64,000 nt of DNA from the human T2T-CHM13v2.0 reference genome, Homo sapiens: assembly GCF_009914755.1 (NCBI RefSeq), contig NC_060940.1. The stretch is one strand, 5' to 3'. Position 1 is the first letter of the stretch; each line of letters opens with the position of its first letter. Position numbers and translations under genes: made by a program. Below, in pieces: positions 32,239-50,838 of this stretch. The notes under the pieces are model-generated. The model made no database searches. It was not told the DNA's origin and was given only the letters and a program-made list of their open reading frames with translations.

Positions 32239-32679
32239 TGAGAGTGAGATCAACTTGAAATCATCTTACCAGCTGCACAGCCACCGACAGCTGGTTTACC
32301 CTTTTTGTGCCCCAGTTTCCCCCTCTTTAAGTGGGATTGAGAGCATCTACCTCTGAGAATTGTGGGGATCAGAGTCAATTGTATGGATCTGTGTGTGTGT
32401 GTGTGTGTGTACATGTATGCATGTCTTTTCACATGTAAATCTCAAATTTTTGTTTATATCATTGGAGTTCCATTTACTTTTTTCTTTTACTTCATTTGTT
32501 TTTTTTTAAATAGAGTTTATATTTTAGAGTAGTTTTAGGGTTGCAGCAAAAATAAGTTCATTTACTTAAAAAACCTCTTGTCTTGCAGAACATTTCAAAC
32601 ATACACAAAAGCAGACAGACGGTTTAATGAACCACCACGTATCATCACTCAGATTAAAAATTACGAGCATTTTGCAATT

Positions 32680-33344
<665 letters not shown>

Positions 33345-34835
33345 TAAAGCAAACCCCAGACTTTGCGTCATTTTGTTTGTAAATACTTCTGTATGTTTCT
33401 CTCACAGATAGAACTTTTTTTTTTTAAAATATAGCCATAACACTCCTCTTACAGCTTGTGCAATTAACAGTAATTTTTAAATGCCATCCGATACCCAGCC
33501 TGCATTTGGATTTCATTGATGGAAGAGAAACTTATGAGTAGAGAAGACATGTTTTGCACAAGGCCATCCACACTGAGGGCTCAGGAAAGGGTCGTAGCTA
33601 CCCTAGTAGGCTGATAAATGGTGAATGAGGATGTTGATGCGTGTTGTAATCATCATGCCTTCCTAGTGCCGGGGTTGAATGATGATGATCAAAAGAAGGC
33701 TTATTTGCCCAACCGGAGACTAAGTTTGAGGGAGGAAGTAAAATGAAGGTAATAAGTTAATTTTATTGGGCACAGTCACGTTAGGTCTGAGCTGGTGCTA
33801 GAGTGAGGTAGAGAGAAATTCATGCACTTTTTTCCCTTCATTATTTTCCTTCCACTAAATTATTCAGTTTAGTAGGGAACGATTAAAGTTAAATTGGTTA
33901 AATTCTTGGGGACAAGTAGCCTCGCATCCTAGAATTCACCACCTGGTAGGGAGACTGGGGCGTGTAGATTTACCCCACCTAGTGGTGGTTGACTTTATTA
34001 CGTGCTTTCCCCAAACGGGGCCCTTTGCTGGGCTGCCCTTAGAGATCAGGGATCTGGGGCCAGGAGAAAGTGTAGGAAATCTCTCTCTCTGCATCTGGGG
34101 AGTTAGGACCCGAGCAGCCATGAGCATCCATGCGATGTTTGTTGGTCACACAGATGCTCATATGGAATAATCACTGCAGCACTTTGTGTGCAAATTAGTA
34201 TGCCTTTTCTAGAAAACACTTTGGCTGTATGCAATGAAAAGAAAGCTTTACAACTCGATTCTATATCTGGAGTAAATAGTTGCCCTCCCAGACACTTATC
34301 CTAAGGAAATAATGACAGCATTTTTAATAGGAATGAAAACTTGGAAGTAATCTAAATTTCTTTAGAGGATTGGTTAAGTACGCCATAGTACAGCTCTGGG
34401 ATGGATGGGTGATGGGATAGGAAGGGGGTTAAAAGTATGTTTCTAGAATCAGTGTTTCTGGGTTTAGTCTGAGGCTCATGACTGGGACCACTTACTTAAT
34501 GACTAGAAGCCTCTCCTCTGTTTCCCCATTTATATAACATGGAGAATAACCTGTACCTCCTGGGGTGGTGGTAAGTTCAAGATGAGACACCGTGTGGGGC
34601 CGAGTATAGAGTCAGTGCTCAGTGTTGATGGCCATCGCCATTTATTTTTATTTTCATCCTTATTCTTTGCCATTTTCACTATTACAGGTATCTAGTGCAA
34701 TACCCTACACCAAGTTGATGCATTTTATAACCCCTAGAATATTGACATTTCAGTCTTCTTTAGGTAGAAGATTTCTTTCTTTGCAGCCAGTCCAGGGCCA
34801 GGTTATATTAGCTAAGTACCCATGCCTTTTGATAA

Positions 34836-35209
<374 letters not shown>

Positions 35210-35921
35210 TAGTATTTTAATAAAATATCCCACAATTTGGGTTTCATGTTCTAGTATTCAAAGATTCTGACACCTCTGTATTCAAATGAGCTTGTAGTTT
35301 CCCACCTTCCTAGCTGTTTTGGGCCCCTGATCCAGGCATATTTGCAAGAGTCAACAGCAGTTCATTTTTGTCTTGCACCCATGCATGTCACCAGCCTCCT
35401 GGTCACCACCTGATTTGTGTCTGTTCTTCTATTTTTCATTGTTTCGGACATTGCATCCAGCCCTTCCCATCTAAGCACACACACATCTGGTAGCATATTT
35501 GCTTCTATTAGTCATAAAGATAAAGTTGTTAGAATATTTGAAGTGAAGAAAGCATTGATCAAAGTTGAATTTACATGTCATATTTCATCCCCTTTTCCTA
35601 TGAATATTTGGGATTTCAGGGCATGGAGAGGAAAGCAACAGTTACTTAATATTATGCATTCTTTTTTTAAAGGGTTTCTAGAATGTCTAGGACTGTGCAG
35701 CAGCTGCTTTGGAACTGGTCATGTATATTTCAGACGTTATCAGTGTTTCAGCAGCCCTGTTTGCCTATTCTTTTGAAAAGAGGGCATATGATTACATTCC
35801 ATATCAGTTTCGTTATTTGGAGCTGAGACTGCAGTTTACAAGCTGTGTGAGCTTAGGATCATGAGGTATTGTTCCTGGGCCTCTGTTTCCTTTTCTGTAA
35901 AATGACAATGGCAATAAATGA

Positions 35922-36284
<363 letters not shown>

Positions 36285-36568
36285 TGAGCACTTTCTGTGC
36301 ACGAGGTGCTGCATTAGGCACATAACCTAATAAGATTTTATACAATGCTTCATACAGTGTACATTTCATACAATGCTTCACAGAAACTGTGTGGTAGATA
36401 CTCTTATTCCCACTTCATGGATGGGGAGGCACAGAGACGGTATGTAACTTGCCCAAGGTCAACTAGGTGGAATGAGATGCCAACCCAGGTAAGTGACCTG
36501 GAAGGCTGATGTAACTACTATGCCCCCAGGCTGCTTCATACTAACAAACGTAAAGAGCTATCATAGGG

Positions 36569-36791
36569 CAGGAGCTGGCAAACCATGACCTATGGACCAA
36601 ATATAGCTGACCACTTGTTTTTATAAACAAAATATTGTTGGAATACAACCATGCCCATTTGCCTACGGATCATCTGTGGCTGCTTTTGCAACACAACAGC
36701 GGAGTTGAGTGGTTGCGACAGACACCGTATGGCTCAGAGAGCCCAAAATATTTACCTCTGGCTCTCTGCAGAGAACATTTGCTGACCCCTG
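36569..36791 (+). mobile_element. MER58A-like hAT-Charlie element
   Basis: CAGG..TGGCAAAC ... TTTGCTGACCCCTG termini; TTGGAATACAACCATGCCCATT. Confidence 0.8.
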
Positions 36792-36905
36792 GCAGAGGGC
36801 CATGTGCAGAATGAGGCCTCAACATGTGGTGGTCGATTGCAAGTGAATTCGGAATTGGTTGATGTTTCAGTCTTCGATTGCGACTGGATGGACCCTGGGA
36901 AATGA

Positions 36906-37121
<216 letters not shown>

Positions 37122-37251
37122 TGAGGTTTATTTTCTGTTTGTCTTTCCTTGGAGAACTTTGCTGTATGATGTTGCCTCGACTGACTGGTTAGCTGGGATT
37201 GTTTCTTTTCTTTTCTTTTCTTTTTTCTCCCAGGTTCTAGATTACTGTAAC

Positions 37252-38268
<1,017 letters not shown>

Positions 38269-38324
38269 TAGCCCTTTCTTACTCTTCTCTACTGACTGTG
38301 TTGCCTGGGTGGGATTATTGATTT

Positions 38325-38340
38325 TGCCACTAGAGGGCAT
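38325..38340 (+). promoter_or_regulatory. Candidate CTCF site
   Basis: TGCCACTAGAGGGCAT matches core CCASYAGRKGGCR; motif only, no occupancy data. Confidence 0.5.
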
Positions 38341-38493
38341 CTGCCACCAGGGAGAGTTGAACCATTGCAAGCACAGAAACAGAATGCGAAGGTGTCTGGG
38401 TGCTTGCTGGTCAGAATGGTTGCCTTTGACCTTGCATAGGGAAGGAGGGGAGGTGGAACTGGGGAGCGACTGACCCATATGAGGTCGTTCTCA

Positions 38494-39052
<559 letters not shown>

Positions 39053-39259
39053 CTAGGTCCATGGAACAAATATGTCGCTGCAGCCCATTGCAGCCTGAGC
39101 CTTCGGTATTGAAAACGTGGGTAACTGAGGTCTGGAGACCGCCTGTTGATTTCCCGCATCAGAGCTGTTCTTCCCCCCTGGTGGGCGCAGACCAGAAACA
39201 AGCAGACACCATCCTGCCCGTCAACGTGATGATTCGGTCTTCGTGTTTGACTCTTTTAG

Positions 39260-39379
<120 letters not shown>

Positions 39380-40451
39380 TGAGTTTCAGATGAGCCTGTG
39401 ATGGGTTGGGCAGCACAGAGCACGTGAGGGTTGAGGCAGGGGTCCGATACGCCGCTCCGGTGAGCCCTGTTGTGAAGCAGGTGGAGGGTGTAGCACCGCA
39501 TTCCTTGGACTAAAATACACAGAAGCTTCTGGAAGGGGCTGGGAACACACTTCCCTTTGTCAGCTGGCATTGTAATAATAATCTCTTTTCTGTGGCCCTA
39601 AAAAGCTAGTAAAAACAAAGGTAACTTAGTTTATGTAACTTAGTAACTAAAGTAACATAGTAAACTTAGTTTTTCACGATTTGGGCATCTCACAGTAGCC
39701 ACAGCAAAGCAATTCAGTGACTCATTGAATTGACTTATAGGGAGTGTGTACCCTGTGCCTGCTGGGAGCTGGGGATGTGGCTGTGAACCGGCAGCAGCCA
39801 TGTCCTCATGTGCTGGGAGGAAGACCTCCATTGAAAGTTAACCACAGAATAGGACTTGCTGATGTGGGGAGCAGGTGGTAAGGCAAGGAGAAGTGTTTCA
39901 GACAGAGGAGCAGCATGTGCCAAGGCCCTGGGGCAGGAACAACTGAGAGGAGTCTGCTAAGGCTGGAGTGCAGAATCCAGGAGAGCGGTGTCAGGAGGGG
40001 AGGAAGGCAGGTCCTGCTGGAGCAGGATCTTGTAGGTCACCGTGAGAGCTGTCGGGGAGACCCTGACGACTTTTAACCAGAAGATGAGATGCTCACAGGG
40101 GGCTCTTGGGATGGTTACTCTGATTGCAACAGAAGGAGGATACAGGATGTTGCGCTGATGTTCCAGTATTTAGTCTGTCTTATTGGGTGAGGGGTGAAGT
40201 CCTTGGGTGATGGCCCCCACAGCTGTGGGTGGGGACTTTCCTAAGTGACATTCCAGGGGGTCATCTGGGAAAAGGCTTTTTATGGTGTTATGCTCCAGGC
40301 ATTTGGGAAGGTAAAATGTCTTTCAGGGGGAAATTGATTTCACAGTTCTCTCTTCCCCACCATGCCCATCATTTTAAGAGTTTGTGTTTCAGCATGGTGA
40401 ATTCTAGAAAACCTAGAAGACAGTTAAGAAATACAAACTTAAAAAAAAAAA

Positions 40452-40945
<494 letters not shown>

Positions 40946-41427
40946 TCGGAACACAAATTTTCAAAAAGTTGGGGTGAATCATGACAAGGAGGAAAGTGCA
41001 TTAAAGAGTCATTCTTACGGCAGTTTTGGTGGATATGGCTCCTAGCATAGCCGATTGCACCAACAGTTGTTGAATGTCTGTTCTGTGCCTGGCCTCAAGC
41101 CTTGATATCAAAAGAAGTGCCCATCTTTGTTTAGACCGAGGACCCAGAGAGCGGCCATGGGGCCTTGTTAATTCATCTTCTGCAGCTTTTTTTGCTTCTG
41201 ACGTGCTTTGACCAACTTCTCCTCAAAAGAACACGTCCTCTCCACGCTTGCATTGCCCAGGTGGTCAGCAGTCACTTCCTGCGATTGTGGCCTGACTTCA
41301 GAGCTCATGCCCAGTGTGACCGTGGGATTGTGTATTTCTGTCCTAGGCCTTAGCTTTGAGTCTTTCTACATGGAAGAACTCAGAGCTTTGGCGGCTCGGG
41401 CGGAGAAGTTCCCCCACAACACCCTGA

Positions 41428-41586
<159 letters not shown>

Positions 41587-41819
41587 TAGCTCCTTCTTGG
41601 TGGAGGTCAGGCTCGCAGCAAATTGAGGATAACCATGTGGTTGCTCCATGTTTTCTTTCGAATTGTAAAAAGGTTTTAATGGACACATAATAACTGTGCA
41701 TATTTATGGAGTTAGAGTGTGATGTTTCTTTGTTTTCTTTTTTCTTTCTTTTTTTTTTTTTTTTTGAGACGGAGTCCCTGTCATCTGTATCTCCTCAGCT
41801 TCCTCCTGGGCTGGTATTA

Positions 41820-42293
<474 letters not shown>

Positions 42294-42334
42294 TCATAGC
42301 CTCTCTGGCTATTTTCCTTCCGGCCTCTCTCTCA

Positions 42335-42703
<369 letters not shown>

Positions 42704-43065
42704 TCAACTACTGACTTAGGCTCCAGTGTTACCAAAACGACTCATCATGGAAGCAACGTTTTGTAGCAGTTACTCTATAGACTTTCTTCCCGTTTATGAT
42801 TTTTCTCCTCCCTCAGGAAAAAACAAATGTTTAAAAGTAAAGCTTGAAGCAGTCAGCTCCTGTGCCCTCCAGGGGTCCAAAAGATTGGGGATGTTCATCT
42901 TCCACATGACCCATTTCTGTATGAAAATATTACTGTGAACCTTTACAAATAAATTTCTCATTGCTCTGTATCATTTCCACGGGCAGAAAAGGCAGTCAAG
43001 GTTTTCAACAGGTAAAGTCAGAAAATAAAACACGTGGTAAAATCTTCTTTAAAAAGAAGCATTGA

Positions 43066-43382
<317 letters not shown>

Positions 43383-43507
43383 CTAGCTTGTCTTGGACAG
43401 CTGCACTTGCATTATGTAAGCGCACAGGGAACCCTGCGGATACAGGGAAAGCCATGTCCTCGTGTTGGCAGCCGAATGGAGGGAGTGTGGGTGTCCTTGT
43501 CTAGTAA

Positions 43508-43723
<216 letters not shown>

Positions 43724-44031
43724 TGATTTCTGGGTGGTGTGACTTAAAGGGGAAGGCAGCTAGGGTTGGATAGACAGATGGACAGACAGGCAAACACACA
43801 CAGACACCTCCCTCCAAATGCGGGAAGGCCTGGGCCCCATCTTGGCCAAAGCCACTGCCATCAAGTTCTCACCCGAGTGTTGGCACCCCCTGCAGGCCGA
43901 GAGTGCAAGTTGCTCCCGGGCTCTAGAGCCCCGAGGAGGCTCTGGCTGGGGAACCCTGTGGCTGCTCAGTGCCCACCCCACCTCCTCATTCTGTCTGGCC
44001 CCCACTTTCAGAACCCCCGAAAGAGAGGGAA

Positions 44032-44148
44032 AGGCTGGGCGCAGTGGCTCACGCCTGTAATCCCGGCACTTTGGGAGGCTGAGGTGTGATCACTGAGGTC
44101 AGGAGTTCGAGAAGAGCCTGGGCAACATGGTGAAACCCCTTCTCTACC

Positions 44149-44196
<48 letters not shown>

Positions 44197-44385
44197 TCAT
44201 CTGGGTGTAGTGGCATGTGCCTGTGGTCCCAGTTACTTGGGAAGCTGAGGTGAGAGGATTGCTTGAACCTGGCAGGCAGAGGTTACAGTGAGGTCACATT
44301 GCGCCACTGCACTGCAGCCTGGGCAACAGAGCGAGACCCTGTCTCAAAGGAAAAAAACCCAAAAAAACAAAAACCAAAAAAAAAG
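44032..44385 (+). mobile_element. Alu whose linker has become a (CA)~21 microsatellite (44153-44194)
   Basis: Alu arms flanking a CA repeat. Confidence 0.9.
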
Positions 44386-44725
44386 TGAGGCAAGGAAAGT
44401 AAAATTCCCCTTCTGTCCTAATTCCCTCTTTTGTGCCCAGTTCTCACCCCCACCAAACCTGTTTCTACAGGCGGAATCCAAGCAGCCAGTAATGGTGGTG
44501 GTGTGTTTTTTGAATACCCACCTGGGGCCAGGCTCTGTGCTAGGTTCTTTGTACAGGTGATCATATTGATTCTTTGCCACAAAGTGAGTATGGTCATCCC
44601 CATTTAACAGATGAGTAAATTGAGACAAGGAGGGGTTAAATGGGTGAGAACATTTAGGTTCATTTCAAGGGTTTCTGACCTCAGGTGTAATCCTCTTCTG
44701 TCCCACCAGAAGATCTTGGTCTGGG

Positions 44726-44956
44726 CTGGAGGTCAACGAAATTGTTCTATAAAGAGCCAGATACAAATGTTTCAGGCTTTATGGGCCCTGTGGTCTCTGT
44801 TGCAACTATTCATCCCTGTTGCTGAAGTGCAAAGCAGCCATGGGCAAGAGGTAAACACATGAGTCTGGCTGTGTTCCAGTTAAAACTTGAATTACACATT
44901 ACAAAAATAGATGGCAGGCCAGATTTGGGGCAGAGGCCATCATATGCCGACTCCTG
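44726..44956 (-). mobile_element. MER58A-like element
   Basis: TCTCTGTTGCAACTATTCA; GGCTGTGTTCCAGT.AAACTT; GGCAGGCCAGATTTGG. Confidence 0.7.
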
Positions 44957-45267
44957 GTTTGGGTTCCTTGTTATTTCTGAGAGCTGGCAAGAGGCCTTCT
45001 ATAGGCTCATTGGAATGATAGTTGTCTTTTTATACTTTCTGGGGTAGAATAGCAGTTACGAGTATGGGTTCTGAGTCCTTCTCGCTGAGTTTGAATCCAG
45101 CTGTTGAGTACTAGTTTGGGCAAAGCACTTACCATCCTATGCTTCAATTTCCATGTTAAAAAATAGAGGTGATAACTGTGTGCACCTCACAGGGCGGTTG
45201 TGATGATTAAATGAGATGCCATTACAGCAAGTGCTTAACCCTGCACCTGGCATAGAGTAACTGTTGA

Positions 45268-45683
<416 letters not shown>

Positions 45684-46671
45684 TGAAATTATGGACGTCT
45701 TTTCGCACTTGGTGAAAACCTTTCAATGAAGGCATATGATTTCTCCATCGCAGCATTCTCCCCTGTGGGGTCCTAGCCCTTCTAAGTGCCAACCTCCATC
45801 AGGCAGATGGAAGGAGCTGGTATTAACAGACACTGTGCAGTGGCAGCTTACACTCTGCTTTGAGAGTTTGCTTTCATTTGCAGGACATAGGTGCTTATGG
45901 TTGTGAGCTGACAGTCATTCATCGAACATTATCTCATTCATGACTAGAGGAAGTTTTTTCTGGTTAAAATAGGGCTGGAATCATCTAACACCTATAGGGC
46001 TAGAACTCTGTAATCAAACATTAATGCATTAATGTTTTGGCAGCAAAAGCCATCCTTATTGGTATTAAGAGGGATTTAAGAAAATGATTGCAAGCAGCGT
46101 TCATTCGAATGGTTCAGATTTTGCTGTCAGTTACATTTTGATACCAACTTACTAGGTAGCCTTTGTTGTAAAAGCTTTTTAGCTGTTATGTTCTAGTAAG
46201 GGTGTGTGGATCAGGATCGGGGAGTGAGCTGGGTCCACGCTTCCCAGGAGTGATGAGGCTATGATTTACTTGAGCTGGAACATGGTTAAGGATTTTATTT
46301 TTATCATCGTCACTTTATTTTCACATTTACCTTCATTTCTATTGAGTGACGTGATTTCCTATTTATGGAAGTGACATAGCTGCCTTTAGAATAATTTTGT
46401 TTCATAGTAAATGCCATGCACAAGCCTCAGATGGATTCTTGGTGGGAAAAACTCCATCTATACAGTATATTTCTTGGATAACTGGGGAAATTTGAGTATG
46501 TCTAATGATCAGTATGTCTAATGATCATTATTTAAAGATAGTTTCCTGAGGTGATATGGTGTGGTGATGTCAGGGGATGTTCTTAAGAGATACCTGTGGG
46601 GGATGTCTGCGCCTTATTTCAGATGGTTCAGGAGGAAACGTAAATATGTGTATAAATGAAATACAAATATA

Positions 46672-47005
46672 GGCTGGGCACAGTGGCTCACGCCTGTAAT
46701 CCCAGCACTTTCGGAGGCTGAGGTGGGTGGATCAACTGAATTCAGGAGTTTGAGACCAGCAGCCTGGCCAACATGGTGAAACCCTATCTTTAGTAAAAAT
46801 ACAAAAAATTAACTGGGCATGCTGGCAGATACCTGTAATCTCAGCTACTCAGGAGGCTGAGGCAGGAGAATTGCTTGAACTTGGGAGGCGGAGGTTGCAA
46901 TGAGCTGAGGTCACGCCATTGCACTCCATCCCGGGCAATGAGTGAAACTCCATTTCCAAAAGAAAAATAAATAAATAAAATAAAATAAATAAATACATAA
47001 ATAAA
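46672..47005 (+). mobile_element. AluS-like, followed by TA/CA microsatellite (~47032-47115)
   Basis: Alu dimer; (TA)n(CA)n. Confidence 0.9.
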
Positions 47006-47029
47006 TGACTTTTCTCCTGCCTCAGGAGG

Positions 47030-47073
<44 letters not shown>

Positions 47074-47168
47074 TAAATATATATGTGTGTATATATACGT
47101 ATATATGTATATACATGTACTAATGATATGTGAATTTATACATACACGTTCACATGATATAGAAGGAT

Positions 47169-47790
47169 ACAGGTGATCCTTATTGGTGGATTCTACTTGC
47201 TAAAATTGACTTGTAACCCCAAATCAAATCTCAAAGCACTCTGAGGTCATTCTGAGACACGCACAAAGTGTGGGAAATGAGACTCATGCGATGCACACGT
47301 GTTCAGCTGAGGGTGAGCAAAGCAGCGCTCCCCTTCCTGGTCTACAGCATGAAAGCTTCAACAAGTGTCCTCACCGTCTGTTGACTGCCACGTTTTTCCT
47401 GTTTTTGAGCTTTTTCTTGGTGATCTTGCTGTTCAAATGGCCCGAAGCACAGTGGTGAGGGCTGCCTGGTGTTCCTGAGCAGGAGAAGGCTGTGATGTGC
47501 CCGATGGAGAAAACACCTGTGTCAGATACGCTTGGTTCAGGCACGAATTACAGTGATGCTGGCTGTGAGCCCAGTGTCAGTCAATAATATATACCAAATC
47601 AGGTGTCTTTAAACAGAAACACACATAAAACAACGTCAGATATTGATTCATTGAGGAAAATGTTGTGACCACACGCTCAAAAGGCCCTGATCCTGTATTT
47701 CCCCTTAGGAGCAATGGCTCAGGTATTTGCCAATCAGTGTTGGTGGTGACTTTATGAACCATAACCCCAATAGATAAGAAAAATCAACTA
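47169..47790 (+). mobile_element. TcMar-Tigger fossil (MER82-like)
   Basis: TTGCTAAAATT..TTGTAACCCC.AAATCAA; GGTGTCTTTAAACAGAAACACACATAAAACAA; CCCTTAGGAGCAATGG.TCAG.TATTTGC. Confidence 0.7.
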
Positions 47791-48017
47791 CAGATACACA
47801 CAAATGATCTATAAATACACAGACACCTTATAGAAATATACATATATACACATACAAATAATAAATGTATGCATGCATACATATGCAAATTACATATGTG
47901 TGCATATGAATGAGAATATATAAAACCAATATACTTTATAAATAGAGGAAGTAATAAACATACTAAAGTAGGTGGATGCACACGTGGAACAGCGTCCCTG
48001 TTGGTGACCCTGGGTGA

Positions 48018-48701
<684 letters not shown>

Positions 48702-50325
48702 TGACCTTAGGCAAAGTCATTAACCTTTGGGAGCCTCTGTTGTCACCAGTCTCTGGGGGAGATAATACTGGAACCCATCTGGCTAGCTTGCTGGGAGCAT
48801 GATGTGAGGGAAGGCGTGCAGAATGCGTGCAACTGCGCCTGTCATGTGGTTGGTGCTACGTTAAGTGCTAACCTGTTATAGTTCATTTGTTCATTGGTGA
48901 ACCTTCCCCATCCTCTCTCGGAGACAGCCCCATGCGAGGTGCTGGAGGTGTCCAGCGACCTGGGTGCTGTTCCTGTGATTGCAGCTTCCAGTTGTGTGGG
49001 AGGCGGGCAGTTGCTAGAAAAGGCTGAGTGCAGCAATAGAGCTGATGTTCCCAGCACTGCAGGGGAGATGGGTGATTATATCTGTGCCTAGGGATGCCAT
49101 GGTAACATTTGGATTTTTGAATTATTAGGATAAAGAGACCATATATGCCGTGGCTTAAAGCACAGAAGAGTTTATTTCTTCCCCATGCGAGGGAGAATGT
49201 TCTGTGAGTTTTGAGCTCTAGCCCACAAGGTGACTCAGGGACCCGGGGCCCCCGCATTCTGCTCTAGCATCTCTCAGGGCAGCAGTTTTCAACTGGGGTT
49301 TCACAGACCCCCGAAGAATCCACGGTTAGAATCAGAGGGGCACGTGAACTTCAACAGAAAAAAAATTACATCTTTATTTGTTTAACCTGTACATAAAACT
49401 TAATACTTCCTTCCATTGTGAACATTGGCAGCAAGCCACTTGCGGGCTCTGTCACCAGCAGAAGTCATGAGTGTTTTCATATCCCGTTTACAGTTATTGC
49501 AAATATTTCAAAATAATGTTGTGCTCGTCATCACTTTGGAATTATGGAGGTTATTAGGTCTGCCTCTAGATCTTATTTAAGATGTTAATGAAGAAACCCA
49601 TCTATTAGTGTATTGCAAATATTTATTTAATATCTTAATCATGTTTCAATATAATTGAGTTTCCTTTGTAATTTTATGCATTATTATTCTGAGAAAAGGG
49701 TCTGTAGCTTTCCCCAGATTTTGAAGGAGCTCATTACACAAAAACGGTGAAGGGACTTTGCTTTGTCCTTGTTTATGTGGTGGACGCTTGGTCTCAGGCA
49801 CATCCGAGTTCCAGCTCAGAGCACGGGAAGTGCAAGGGTGTCCAGGGCAAATGGTTTCTGGTAAGCAAGTCAGCTGTCCCGTCCTTTTCTCTACTGTTCT
49901 GTGCATGAGAGCTTAGTCACGTTACCTGCAAGGACTGTGGAATCTGAAGTCCCTAGCGGGGCAGCCTTTCATGGAAGGAGCGAGTGTGAATTTTGTTGAC
50001 ATTCCACAAGCTCATGGGGAAGGACAAACAGCTGTTTCCTAGGTATTTCAGTCTGTTCCTGCAGCTATCACAAAATACCCTAAGCTGGGTGGGTTATAAA
50101 CAACAGGAACTGATTTCTCACGGTTCTGGAGGCTGGAAGTTCAAGGTCAGGGTGCTGGTATGAGAGTCCTCTTCCAAGTTGTAGGCTGCCGACTTCTAGT
50201 TATGTCCTCACATGGTGGAAAGGGTGAGGCAGCTCTCTGGGACCTCTTTTATTTTTAAATATTTATTTATTTATAAATAACCATCTGGGACATGGAGATA
50301 TCTTTGGCCTCTTTTATAAGGGCAC

Positions 50326-50460
50326 CATTCCCATTGATGAGAGCTCTACCCTCATTCCCATTCACGGGAGCTCTACTCTCATTCCCACTTATGAGAGCTC
50401 TACCCTCATTCCCATTCATAAAAGCTCTACCCTCATTCCCGTTCATGAGGACTCTACCCT
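50326..50460. repeat. 27-bp tandem repeat x5
   Basis: CATTCCCATT(C/G)ATGAGAGCTCTACCCT and variants. Confidence 0.9.
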
Positions 50461-50478
50461 CATGACCTAATCACCTTC

Positions 50479-50838
50479 TGTGTTACCCATTCTCACACTG
50501 CTCATAAAGACATACCCAAGACTGGGTAATTTATAAAGGAAAGAGGTTTAATGGACTCACAGTTCCATATGGCTGGGGAGGCCTCACAATCATGTCAGAA
50601 GGCAAAGGAGGAGCAAAGTCACATCTTACATGGTGGCAGGCAAGAGAGCTTGTTCAGGGAAACTCCCATTTATAAAACCAGATCTCATGAGATGTGTTCA
50701 CTATCACAAGAACAGCACGTGAAAGGCCCGCCCCCATGATTCAATTACCTCCCACTGGGTTCCTCCTATGACACGTGGGAATTATAGGAGCTGCAATTCA
50801 AGGTGAGATTTGGGTGGGGACACAGCCAAACCATATTA
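50479..50838 (-). mobile_element. Solo THE1 (THE1B/C-like) MaLR LTR, 360 bp, 5-bp TSD
   Basis: Reverse complement begins TAATATGGTTTGGCTGTGTCCCCACCCAAATCTCA; TSD CCTTC at 50474-50478 and 50839-50843. Confidence 0.9.

Noticed and set aside
50748-50775. PRDM9 hotspot motif in the THE1 LTR
   Set aside because: The sequence CCTCCTATGACAC misses required positions of CCNCCNTNNCCNC.
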